64,000 bases of DNA, taken from the NCBI GenBank assembly GCA_964016885.1, contig OZ024742.1, positions 341,930,001-341,994,000 on the forward strand, given 5' to 3'. A program made the position numbers and the translations under genes. Every line of letters starts with the position of its first letter. Position 1 is the stretch's first letter. Below, in pieces: positions 30,001 to 41,950 of this stretch. Source of the DNA: Eledone cirrhosa. Lineage: Eukaryota. The notes beneath the pieces were generated by a model. The model was not told the origin of the DNA and did no database searches. It saw nothing but the letters and a program-made list of their open reading frames with translations.

Positions 30001-33000
30001 ACACGGTACATCAGTGCTCTATCGAGAGCGTTAGCTTCTTTACAATATTTATTAAAACCCTGTTTCACTCTACACGGTACATCAGTGTTCTATCGAGAGT
30101 GTTAGCTTCATTACAATATTTAGTAAAACCCTGTTTCACTCTACACGATACATCAGTGTTCTATCGAGAGTGTAGCTTCATTACAATATTTATTAAAACC
30201 CTGTTTCACTCTACACGGTACATCAGTGCTCTATCGAGAGTGTTAGCTTCATTACAATATTTAGTAAAACCCTGTTTCACTCTACCCGGTACATCAGTGT
30301 TCTATCGAGAGTGTTAGCTTCATTACAATATTTATTAAAACCCTGTTTCACTCTACACGGTACATCAGTGCTCTATCGAGAGTGTTAGCTTCATTACAAT
30401 ATATAGTAAAACCCTGTTTCACGCTACACGGTACACCAGTGCTCTATCGGGAGTGTTAGCTTCATTACAATATTTAGTAAAACCCTGTTTCACCCTACAC
30501 GGTACATCAGTGTTCTATCGAGAGTGTTAGCTTCATTACAATATTTATTAAAACTCTGTTTCACTCTAAACGTTACATCAGTGTTCTATAGAGAATGTTA
30601 GCTTCATTACAATATTTAGTAAATCCCTGTTTCACTCTACACGGTACACTAGTGTTCTATCGAGAGTGTTAGCTTCATTCCAATATTTAGTAAATCCCTG
30701 TTTCACTCTACACGGTACACCAGTGTTCTATCGAGAGTGTTAGCTTCATTACAATATTTATTAAAACCCTGTTTCACTCTACACGGTACACCAGCCTTCT
30801 ATGGAGAGTGTTAACTTCATTACAATATTTATTAAAACCCTGTTTCACTCTACACGGTACATCAGTGCTCTATCGAAAGCGTTAGCTTCTTTACAATATT
30901 TATTAAAACCCTGTTTCCCTCTACACGATACATCAGTGTTCTATCGAGAGTGTAGCTTCATTACAATATTTATTAAAACCCTGTTTCAGTCTACACGGTA
31001 CATCAGTGCTCTATCGAGAGTGTTAGCTTCATTACAATATTTAGTAAAACCCTGTTTCACTCTACACGGTACATCAGTGCTCTATCTAGAGTGTTAGCTT
31101 CATTACAATATTTATTAAAACCCTGTTTCACTCTACACGGTACACCAGTGTTCTATCGAGAGTGTTAGCTTCATTACAATATTTAGTAAAACCCTGTTTC
31201 ACTCTACACGGTACACCAGCCTTCTATGGAGAGTGTTAACTTCATTACAATATTTATTAAAACCCTGTTTCACTCTACACGGTACATCAGTGTTCTATCG
31301 AGAGTGTTAGCTTCATTACAATATTTATTAAAACCCTGTTTAACTCTACACGGTACATCAGTGCTCTATCGAGAGTGTTAGCTTCATTACAATATTTAGT
31401 AAAACCCTGTTTCACTCTACACGATACATCAGTGTTCTATCGAGAGTGTAGCTTCATTACAATATTTATTAAAACCCTGTTTCACTCTACACGGTACATC
31501 AGTGCTCTATCGAGAGTGTTAGCTTCATTACAATATTTAGTAAAACCCTGTTTCACTCTACACGGTACACCAGCCTTCTATGGAGAGTGTTAACTTCATT
31601 ACAATATTTATTAAAACCCTGTTTCACTCTACACGGTACATCAGTGCTCTATCGAGAGTGTTAGCTTGATTACAATATTTATTAAAACCCTGTTTCACTC
31701 TACACGGTACATCACTGTTCTATCGAGAGTTTTAGCTTCATTACAATATTTAGTAAAACCGTTTCACTCTACGCGGTACATCAGTGTTCTATCTAGAGTT
31801 TTAGCTTCATTACAATATTTAGTAAAACCGTTTCACTCTACGCGGTACATCAGTGTTCTATCGAGAGTGTTAGCTTCATTACAATATTTATTAAAACCCT
31901 GTTTCACTCTACACGGTACATCAGTGCTCTATCGAGAGTGTTAGCTTCATTACAATATTTAGTAAAACCCTGTTTCACTCTACACGGTACATCAGTGTTC
32001 TATCGAGAGTGTTAGCTTCATTACAATATTTAGTAAAACCCTGTTTCACCCTACACGGTACATCAGTACTCTATCGAGAGTGTTAGCTTCATTACAATAT
32101 TTATTAAAACCCTGTTTCACTCTACACGCTACATCAGTGCTCTATCGAGAGTGTTAGCTTCATTACAATATTTAGTAAAACCCTGTTTCACTCTACACGG
32201 TACATCAGCGTTCTATCGAGAGTGTAGCTTCATTACAATATTTATTAAAACCTGTTTCACTCTACACGGTACATCAGTGTTCTATCGAGAGTGTTAGCTT
32301 CATTACAATATTTATTAAAACTCTGTTTCACTCTAAACGTTACATCAGTGTTCTATCGAGAATGTTAGCTTCATTACAATATTTAGTAAATCCCTGTTTC
32401 ACTCTACACGGTACACCAGTGTTCTATCGAGAGTGTTAGCTTCATTCCAATATTTATTAAAACCCTGTTTCACTCTACACGGTACATCACTGTTCTATCG
32501 AGAGTTTTAGCTTCATTACAATATTTAGTAAAACCCTGTTTCACTCTACACGGTACATCAGTGCTCTATCGAGAGTGTTAGCTTCATTCCAATATTTAGT
32601 AAAACCTTGTTTCACTCTACACGGTACATCAGTGTTCTATCGAGAGTTTTAGCTTCATTACAATATTTAGTAAAACCCTGTTTCACTCCACACGGTACAC
32701 CAGCCTTCTATGGAGATTGTTACCTTCATTACAATATTTATTAAAACCCTGTTTCACTCTACACGGTACATCAGTGCTCTATCGAGAGTGTTAGCTTCAT
32801 TACAATATTTAGTAAAACCCTGTTTCACTCTACACGGTACATCAGTGCTCTATCGAGAGTGTTAGCTTCATTACAATATTTATTAAAACCCTGTTTCACT
32901 CTACACGGTACACCAGTGCTCTATCGAAAGCGTTAGCTTCTTTACAATATTTATTAAAACCCTGTTTCACTCTACACGATACATCAGTGTTCTATCGAGA

Positions 33001-36000
33001 GTGTAGCTTCATTACAATATTTATTAAAACCCTGTTTCATTCTACACGGTACATCAGTGCTCTATCGAGAGTGTTAGCTTCATTACAATATTTAGTAAAA
33101 CCCTGTTTCACTCTACACGGTACATCAGTGCTCTATCGAGAGTGTTAGCTTCATTACAATATTTATTAAAACCCTGTTTCACTCTACACGGTACACCAGT
33201 GTTCTATCGAGAGTGTTAGCTTCATTACAATATTTAGTAAAACCCTGTTTCACTCTACACGGTACACCAGCCTTCTATGGAGAGTGTTAACTTCATTACA
33301 ATATTTATTAAAACCCTGTTTCACTCTACACGGTACATCAGTGCTCTATCGAGAGCGTTAGCTTCTTTACAATATTTATTAAAACCCTGTTTCACTCTAC
33401 ACGGTACATCAGTGTTCTATCGAGAGTGTTAGCTTCATTACAATATTTAGTAAAACCCTGTTTCACTCTACACGATACATCAGTGTTCTATCGAGAGTGT
33501 AGCTTCATTACAATATTTATTAAAACCCTGTTTCACTCTACACGGTACATCAGTGCTCTATCGAGAGTGTTAGCTTCATTACAATATTTAGTAAAACCCT
33601 GTTTCACTCTACACGGTACATCAGTGCTCTATCGAGAGTGTTAGCTTCATTACAATATTTATTAAAACCCTGTTTCACTCTACACGGTACACCAGTGTTC
33701 TATCGAGAGTGTTAGCTTCATTACAATATTTAGTAAAACCCTGTTTCACTCTACACGGTACACCAGCCTTCTATGGAGAGTGTTAACTTCATTACAATAT
33801 TTATTAAAACCCTGTTTCACTCTACACGGTACATCAGTGCTCTATCGAGAGTGTTAGCTTCATTACAATATTTATTAAAACCCTGTTTCCCTCTACACGG
33901 TACATCAGTGTTCTATCTAGAGTGTTAGCTTCATTACAATATTTAGTAAAACCCTGTTTCACTCTACACGATACACAAGCCTTCTATGGAGTGTGTTAAC
34001 TTCATTACAATATTTATTAAAACCCTGTTTCACTCTACACGGTACATCAGTGCTCTATCGGGAGTGTTAGCTTCATCACAATATTTATTAAAACCCTGTT
34101 TCACACTACACGGTACACCAGTGTTCTATCGAGAGTGTTAGCTTGATTACAATATTTATTAAAACCCTGTTTCACTCTACACGGTACATCACTGTTCTAT
34201 CGAGAGTTTTAGCTTCATTACAATATTTAGTAAAACCGTTTCACTCTACACGGTACATCAGTGTTCTATCGAGAGTGTTAGCTTCATTACAATATTTATT
34301 AAAACCCTGTTTCACTCTACACGGTACATCAGTGCTCTATCGAGAGTGTTAGCTTCATTACAATATTTAGTAAAACCCTGTTTCACTCTACACGGTACAT
34401 CAGTGTTCTATCGAGAGTGTTAGCTTCATTACAATATTTATTAAAACCCTGTTTCACTCTACACGGTACATCAGTGTTCTATCGAGAGTGTTAGCTTCAT
34501 TACAATATTTAGTAAAACCCTGTTTCACCCTACACGGTACATCAGTACTCTATCGAGAGTGTTAGCTTCATTACAATATTTATTAAAACCCAGTTTCACT
34601 CTACACGGTACATCAGTGCTCTATCGAGAGTGTTAGCTTCATTACAATATTTAGTAAAACCCTGTTTCACTCTACACGGTACATCAGCGTTCTATCGAGA
34701 GTGTAGCTTCATTACAATATTTATTAAAACCTGTTTCACTCTACACGGTACATCAGTGTTCTATCGAGAGTGTTAGCTTCATTACAATATTTATTAAAAC
34801 TCTGTTTCACTCTAAACGTTACATCAGTGTTCTATCGAGAATGTTAGCTTCATTACAATATTTAGTAAATCCCTGTTTCACTCTATACGGTACACCAGTG
34901 TTCTATCGAGAGTGTTAGCTTCATTCCAATATTTAGTAAAACCTTGTTTCACTCTACACGGTACATCAGTGTTCTATCGAGAGTTTTAGCTTCATTACAA
35001 TATTTAGTAAAACCCTGTTTCACTCTACACGGTACACCAGCCTTCTATGGAGAGTGTTAACTTCATTACAATATTTATTAAAACCCTGTTTCACTCTACA
35101 CGGTACATCAGTGCTCTATCGAAAGCGTTAGCTTCTTTACAATATTTATTAAAACCCTGTTTCACTCTACACGATACATCAGTGTTCTATCGAGAGTGTA
35201 GCTTCATTACAATATTTATTAAAACCCTGTTTCACTCTACACGGTACATCAGTGCTCTATCGAGAGTGTTAGCTTCATTACAATATTTAGTAAAACCCTG
35301 TTTCACTCTACACGGTACATCAGTGCTCTATCGAGAGTGTTAGCTTCATTACAATATTTATTAAAACCCTGTTTCACTCTACACGGTACACCAGTGTTCT
35401 ATCGAGAGTGTTAGCTTCATTACAATATTTAGTAAAACCCTGTTTCACTCTACACGTTACACCAGCCTTCTATGGAGAGTGTTAACTTCATTACAATATT
35501 TATTAAAACCCTGTTTCACTCTACACGGTACATCACTGTTCTATCGAGAGTGTTAGCTTCATTACAATATTTATTAAAACCCTGTTTAACTCTACACGGT
35601 ACATCAGTGCTCTATCGAGAGCGTTAGCTTCTTTACAATATTTATTAAAACCCTGTTTCACTCTACACGGTACATCAGTGTTCTATCGAGAGTGTTAGCT
35701 TCATTACAATATTTAGTAAAACCCTGTTTCATTCTACACGATACATCAGTGTTCTATCGAGAGTGTAGCTTCATTACAATATTTATTAAAACCCTGTTTC
35801 ACTCTACACGGTACACCAGTGTTCTATCGAGAGTGTTAGCTTCATTACAATATTTAGTAAAACCCTGTTTCACTCTACACGGTACACCAGTCTTATATGG
35901 AGAGTGTTAACTTCATTACAATATTTATTAAAACCCTGTTTCACTCTACACGGTACATCAGTGCTCTATCGAGACTGTTAGCTTCATTACAATATTTATT

Positions 36001-36474
36001 AAAACCCTGTTTCACTCTACACGGTACATCAGTGTTCTATCTAGAGTGTTAGCTTCATTACAATATTTAGTAAAACCCTGTTTCACTCTACACGATACAC
36101 CAGCCTTCTATGGAGAGTGTTAACTTCATTACAATATTTATTAAAACCCTGTTTCACTCTACACGGTACATCAGTGCTCTATCGGGAGTGTTAGCTTCAT
36201 TACAATATTTATTAAAACCCTGTTTCACTCTACACGGTACACCAGTGTTCTATCGAGAGTGTTAGCTTCATTACAATATTTATTAAAACCCTGTTTCACT
36301 CTACACGGTACATCAGTGTTCTATCGGGAGTGTTAGCTTTATAACAATATTTAGTAAAACCCTGTTTCACTCTACACGGTACACCAGTGCTCTATCGAGA
36401 GTGTTAGCTTTATAACAATATTTATTAAAACCCTGTTTCACTCTACACGGTACACCAGTCTTCTATGGGGAGTG
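1..36474. repeat. 71-bp tandem satellite, ~514 monomers, running off the left edge of the window
   Basis: Consensus is acaatattta(t/g)taaaaccctgtttcactctacacggtacatcagtg(c/t)tctatcgagagtgttagcttcatt. The period is read directly (monomers start at 1 and 72). Occasional 1-2 bp deletion variants occur. The array ends at ...ctatggggagtg (36474). Confidence 0.99.
15250..29162. repeat. 6937-bp near-perfect tandem higher-order duplication within the satellite
   Basis: Rare variant monomers and spurious ORFs recur at exactly +6937: 15942/22879, 16651/23588, 18138/25075, 18840/25777, 19414/26351, 19705/26642, and variant ctctgtttcacgct at 15404/22341. Boundaries are approximate. Confidence 0.92.
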
Positions 36475-36595
36475 AATTTTCAATCAAAGGGAAAACCGTA
36501 TATAAAGTTATCTTAATCAATAATCGAAATATCTTCCCATCCCATCCTTATCTCACACACATATTCGGCCACAATATACAAACACAAGCATTTAA

Positions 36596-36603
36596 TCTCT
36601 CTC

Positions 36604-36669
<66 letters not shown>

Positions 36670-36759
36670 TCTCTCTCTCTCTCTTTCTCTCTCGCTTTCT
36701 CTCTCTCTCTTCCTCTCTATCTCTCTTTCTCTCTCTCTCTGTTCCCTTCTCCCACTCTC

Positions 36760-36795
<36 letters not shown>

Positions 36796-36910
36796 TCTCT
36801 CCCTCTCTCGTTTCCTCTCTCTCTTTCTCTCTCCCTCTCTCTCTCTCTCTCGTTCACTCTCTTTCTCTCTCTCTTTCTGTTTCTCCCTCACGCTGTGTTT
36901 CTCTTTCTAT
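36596..36910. repeat. (CT)n microsatellite, partly degenerate
   Basis: Direct inspection. Confidence 0.97.
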
Positions 36911-36928
36911 CAACCTAGCGCCCTATCT

Positions 36929-37483
36929 ATGAAGCGACGAAGATGATGACGATGATGATGATGGTGATGGTGGTGATGATGATGATGACGGTGGTGATGA
37001 TGATGATGATGTTGGTGGTGATGGTGATGATGGTGATGGTGATGATGGTGATGGTGATAGTGATGACGGTGATGATGATGATGGTGATGGTGATGGTGAT
37101 GATGATGGTGATGATGGTGATGATGATGATGGTGATGGTGGTGATGGTGATGATGGTGATGGTGATGGTGATGGTGATGATGATGGGGATGTGATGATGA
37201 TGATAAGGATGATGATGATGGTGATGATGGTGATGATGATGATGGTGATGGTGATGGTGGTGATGATGGTGATGGTGATGGTGATGGTGATGATGGTGAT
37301 GATGATGATGGTGATGGTGATGGTGGTGATGATGGTGATGGTGATGGTGATGATGATGGTGATGTGATGATGATGATAAGGATGATGATGATGGTGATGA
37401 TGGTGATGATGATGATGGTGATGGTGATGGTGATGATGATGGTGATGATGGTGATGATGATGGTGATGATGATGATGATGATG
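36929..37483. repeat. (GAT/GGT)n compound trinucleotide repeat
   Basis: Direct inspection. Contains an internal ~173-bp duplication (gatgtgatgatgatgataagg near 37188 and 37361). Confidence 0.97.
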
Positions 37484-37585
37484 AAAAGAAAACCAAAATA
37501 GATTTGCATATAAAAACAAAGGAAATAGGTTAAGTCGAGCAAGTTTATCCTTTGTGGTTTCCACTGAAAGAAAAATGTAAATCAA

Positions 37586-37717
37586 CATCATCCCCATCAT
37601 CACCACCATCATCATCATCATCACCACCATCATCACATCACCATCATCCCCATCATCATCATCATCATCATTATCATCATCATAATCATCATCATCATCA
37701 TCATTATCATCATCATT

Positions 37718-37755
<38 letters not shown>

Positions 37756-37839
37756 TATCATCATCATCATCATCCCCATCATCATCATCATCATCATTAT
37801 CATAATCATCACCATCATCATCATCATCATCATCATCCC

Positions 37840-37905
<66 letters not shown>

Positions 37906-37906
37906 T

Positions 37907-37938
<32 letters not shown>

Positions 37939-37944
37939 CATCCC

Positions 37945-37976
<32 letters not shown>

Positions 37977-37981
37977 CCATC

Positions 37982-38013
<32 letters not shown>

Positions 38014-38049
38014 CATCCCCATCATCATCATCATCAGCATCATCATCCC

Positions 38050-38108
<59 letters not shown>

Positions 38109-38137
38109 CCATCATCATCACCATCATCGTCATCATG
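37586..38137. repeat. (CAT)n trinucleotide repeat, inverted relative to the preceding (GAT)n tract
   Basis: Direct inspection. Confidence 0.97.
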
Positions 38138-38140
38138 CCG

Positions 38141-38205
38141 ATGTTAGCTTTGCCTTAAGGGAGGGGTCGATGAAATAAAGTACCAGTAATGCACTTGTGC
38201 CTAAA
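38141..38205 (+). mobile_element. SINE 3' fragment
   Basis: gttagctttgcct...ggggtcgatgaaataaagtaccagtaatgcact matches the other SINE copies in this window. Confidence 0.75.
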
Positions 38206-38233
38206 TCAGCAATCATTATTGTTATTATTACTC

Positions 38234-38380
38234 CGGTGGATTGGCAGTATCGGTAGAGGGTCGGATGCCATGCTTTGCAGCAAAGAGTTACGGCCCTTTA
38301 TGGTCTGAGTTCAAATCCCGCCGAGGTTAACTTTGCCTTTCATCCTTACGGGGTCGATAAAATAAAGTACCAGTAATACA
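38234..38380 (+). mobile_element. tRNA-derived SINE, 5' part (interrupted by RTE insertion)
   Basis: A-box-like tggcagtatcgg and B-box-like gagttcaaatccc. Colinear with the reverse complement of the copies at 58136-58313 and 63042-63227 up to ...gtaccagtaatac. Confidence 0.88.
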
Positions 38381-41060
38381 ACTCAGACTCAGAAGCTCCC
38401 GCGTCTTGCGACGCATGAGGCAATCATAGTGTTCCATCGCGTTCGGTCAGCAGCCAGTTGCACAGCGTCCCCGCCATTGTCTGTTTGTCGCTCGCAGGTC
38501 CCTCTCAACTGTCTGGTGCCAGTTCATTTTGGGTCGCCCTCTCCGTCTGCTTCCCTGCGGGCTCCATTTAAGTACTTGGTTCGCCAGTCTATCCGGGAGG
38601 GGAGTCTCAAAGCATCTCCAAATCAGCCCAGGCGTCCCTTGCAGATGGCAGAAGAGACTAGCTGCTGGTTGGTGCGGTTCCTGACTTCTTGGTTTGTTAC
38701 ATGGTCACTCCATTTAATCCCCAGGATCTTTCGCAGACATCTGGAATCGAATGCGTCCAACTTCTTCTCTTGGCTGGTCTTAAGGTGCCATGTTTCACTT
38801 CCCTACAAGAGTGTGGACAGCACGTTGCTGTTGTAGAATCTCATATTTGTTTTGAAGGTGAACTTCCTGCTCTTCCAGATCTTGTCAAGCTGGTTAAATG
38901 CTGCTGAAGCCTTTCCCATTCTACATTGCAGTTCACTGTCCATGGTGCCCTCATTGTTAATGGAGCTTCCTAGGTAGGTGAAGTTGTCCACTACTAAATA
39001 TTGTAATGAAGCTAACACTCCTGTTCAATGAAGACACTGGTTGGTGGTGGGTGTGTCCCAGATAACATGCTTTTGGTCTTCTTGGCACTGATATTGAGAC
39101 CTAAGCTTCCTGCTTCGACATTGATATTGTTCACAATGATTTGCAGGTCAGCTGTGCTCTCTGCAAGTGCAGCAATATCGTCCGCAAAGTCCAAGTCAGA
39201 CAACTTTTGCTCTCCCAGCCGAGATATGCCCTGGTCTTTAGACGCACTTCTTAGTACCCAGTCAATGGCTATGGCAAAGAGAATTGGAGAGAGCGAGCAA
39301 CCTTGACGCACGCCAGTAACCACCTCAAACCAGTCACTGTAACCATCCTTTATCCGTATGCAGCACTTGGAGTTTGCGCAAATCTGCTTGATTGCCGAAA
39401 TGACTTTCTGGGACAGACCATACTCATGCATGATGCTCCAGAGCGATGGTCGATGAATGCTATCGAATGCTTTGGAGAAATCGATGAAGCTGATAGTGAG
39501 GGGCCTCTGGAATTCGTTGTACCTCTCAATGATGCGGCGTAGCGTAAAGATCTGCTCTGCACATGAACGTTTTGGTCGGAACCCTGTCTGTTGTTCTCGC
39601 AGTTCCCGGATCAGGATCACTAGACAATAGACCTTACCTGGTATGGAGAGAAGTGTCACTCCCCTCCAGTTGTCACAATCGGCAAGGTTTCCCTTCTTGG
39701 GGATACAGACAACCGCTCCGTTTCTCCAGTCTTCTGGGACTTCACCCGTGTTCCACCCAAGATTACATAAGTGGCCCATCCACTTGACCATGCTTTCGCC
39801 TCCTGACTTCAGCATTTCAGCAGAAATGCCATCCATACCTGGTGACTTGTTATTCTTAAGGGTTTTGATGGCCATGCGGCCTTCCTTCTCGGTGAAGTCA
39901 TCAGTATTGATAGGTAACAAACTAGTAGGATCCTTAGTGTCTGCTGGCATACGTGGCTCCGGTTGGTTGAGGACTTCCTTGAAATGTTCAGCCCATCTGA
40001 CTAACTTTTCTTCACCCTTGGAAAGCAGCGTACCATCTTTCGCTTTCACCGGGCCTGAGTTAGCTCTAGAGCTGCCGGTGATTTTCTTGGCAATTTGGTA
40101 CACAGAGCGCATGTCATTGCGTGCCGCAGCTGCTTCTGCCTCCTCTGCCTTACTCTCAAGCCACATTGGTTTGTCCTTTTGGGCGCTGCGTTTCACCTCC
40201 TTGTCCTTCTCAACATACTGCTGATATACTTTGATGGCCTTTGGGGTAGTGGAATGCCTCTGCTGGTGTATGGCTTTCCTTTCGTTAATCAGCTGCCAGT
40301 TGTTGTCGCTAACCCAAGCTTCTCTGAGGGACTTCCTGTAGCCCAGGATGTCTTCCCCTGCAGCTTCCATGGTCTTCTTCATTTCTTCCCACCAATTGAC
40401 CGAGCCTGGTGCAGACTCCTCAAGGACAGCAAATCTGTTCCTCAAAGCATCCTCGAACTGTGCTTCTGTGTCACCGTTCTTCAGCTTGGTAGTGTCAAAA
40501 CGCCTTGTAGTGGGTGCTTTCTTCTTCTGCTTCCTCAGTCTGATTTTAAGTTTGGTAACAGACAGATAGTGGTCAGTGCAGACATCTGCGCCTCGGTAGA
40601 CTCGGACGTCCTGCGGGCAAGGAGCTCTCCATCTTGGGCCAATTACAATGTGGTCTATTTGCGTCTTGGTCCTGTGGTCGTTCGAAGCCCATGTGACCTT
40701 GTGGATATTCTTGTGGTCAAATAGTGACGAGCCGATTTTCATATTGTTCATGGCATAGAACTGGACAAACCTGTCCCCGTTGTCCGTGCGCTTTCCATAA
40801 GCATGGGGGCCAAGGACATGTTCAAAGCCAACCCTGCTTCCCCCGATCTGTGCGTTCATGTCTCCCATGATGATCAGGATGTCATGACGTGGGGTTTTGT
40901 TGACAACATCTTGTAGTTGCTGGTAGAAAGCGTCCTTGTCATCGTCGTTATGTTCGTTGGTTGGAGCATAGCACTGAGCTATGGTGACCTTTGCATGTGA
41001 TGTGGTGAATCTTGCTGTCATTAGGCGTTCGTTGATAGGAGTCCACACCTCAAAGGCACT
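38381..41060 (-). mobile_element. RTE-clade non-LTR retrotransposon, 5'-truncated and decayed
   Basis: Carries the C-terminal part of an AP endonuclease (IIMGDMNAQIG, QIDHIVI, TDHYL) and RT motifs (WRGVTLLS, FIDFSKAFDS, GVRQGCSLSP, LDFADD, FTYLGS). A short tandem 3' tail (ctgagt)2 lies at 38381-38393. Confidence 0.95.
38410..41048 (-). pseudogene. APE-RT polyprotein pseudogene of the RTE element
   Basis: A 678-aa open segment (39012-41048) is broken at ~39020 by a satellite-derived insert. It continues as VDNFTYLGS...STLL*GSETW, with an in-frame TAG at 38803 where Tyr is expected, and more lesions downstream. The 3' boundary is approximate. Confidence 0.9.
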
Positions 41061-41140
41061 ACTGGGGTCGGTTTAATCGAGTTTCCTCCCCTCCAAAATT
41101 GCCTAAATCAAAAACTATTATTATTATCATTACTATCAAC
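41061..41140 (+). mobile_element. SINE 3' remainder after the RTE insertion
   Basis: actggggtcggtttaatcga... continues ...gtaccagtaatac from 38380 (the intact copy reads gtaatac-actggg). Ends in (att)n. Confidence 0.7.
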
Positions 41141-41199
41141 AGAATAATTATATAATTATATAACTTATCCTTTGTTTTCGTTTTATTTTGTTGGTTTTG

Positions 41200-41350
41200 A
41201 GGGGGGGGGCTCGGTGTTTTTTTTTTAGGGGGGCCGGTCATTGTTATTTGGGGTTGACGTGGGTCATTGTTTTTTGGGGGGTTGGAGGGTTATTGTTTTG
41301 GGGGGGTGGGGGTCATTGTTTTGGGGTGGTGAGGGGGTCATTGTTTTATT
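41200..41350 (+). repeat. G-rich degenerate tandem repeat (ggtcattgttttgggg-like, ~5 copies)
   Basis: Recurrent ggtcattgtt followed by T and G runs. Confidence 0.7.
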
Positions 41351-41483
41351 TTGTTTTGTTTTAATTTGTTTTCCGTTGCATCTTTTTTCCATTTTAGTAA
41401 ATCCTATTTGTGGGTAACGTATGTTAGATTATTGATCAATAGGAATATAGATACATACAGCTTGGCAGCTAAACAGGTATATA

Positions 41484-41950
41484 GGTAGTAGTCAGGTAGT
41501 CAGGTAGACAGGTAGACAGGTAGACAGGTAGTCAGGTAGATAGGTAGTCAGGTAGTCAGGTAGTCAGGTAGTCGGTAGATAGGTAGTCAAGTAGACAGGT
41601 AGACAGGTAGTCAGGTAGACAGGTAGTCAGGTAGACAGGTAGACAGGTAGACAGGTAGACAGGTAGTCAGGTAGACAGGTAGTCAGGTAGTCAGGTAGAC
41701 AGGTAGTCGGTAGATAGGTAGTCAAGTAGACAGGTAGACAGGTAGTCAGGTAGACAGGTAGTCAGGTAGACAGGTAGACAGGTAGTCAGGTAGACAGGTA
41801 GTCAGGTAGTCAGGTAGACAGGTAGTCAGGTAGATAGGTAGTCAGGTAGATAGGTAGTCAGGTAGACAGGTAGATAAGTAGACAGGTAGTCAGGTAGATA
41901 GGTAGTCAGGTAGACAGGTAGACAGGTAGTCAGGTAGACAGTTAGATAGA
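41484..41950. repeat. 8-bp minisatellite (caggtaga/caggtagt/taggtaga)n, left part
   Basis: Direct inspection. Confidence 0.97.

Noticed and set aside
200-35910. About 25 similar 69-98 aa ORFs (MLASLQYLVKPCF...)
   Set aside because: They are translations of satellite monomers. They open only where 1-2 bp deletion variants shift the frame past the recurring stop.
1-36474. CRISPR-like array
   Set aside because: There are no unique spacers: the entire 71-bp unit repeats. The context is eukaryotic and no cas genes are present.
36465-38178. Poly-His/Ser/Met/Leu-Ser ORFs
   Set aside because: Reading frames of (CT)n, (GAT)n and (CAT)n repeats.
38234-38330. tRNA gene
   Set aside because: The A/B boxes belong to a multi-copy SINE head and there is no complete cloverleaf.
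38429-40724. Plus-strand ORFs overlapping the RTE
   Set aside because: Antisense shadows of the RT ORF with no recognisable motifs.
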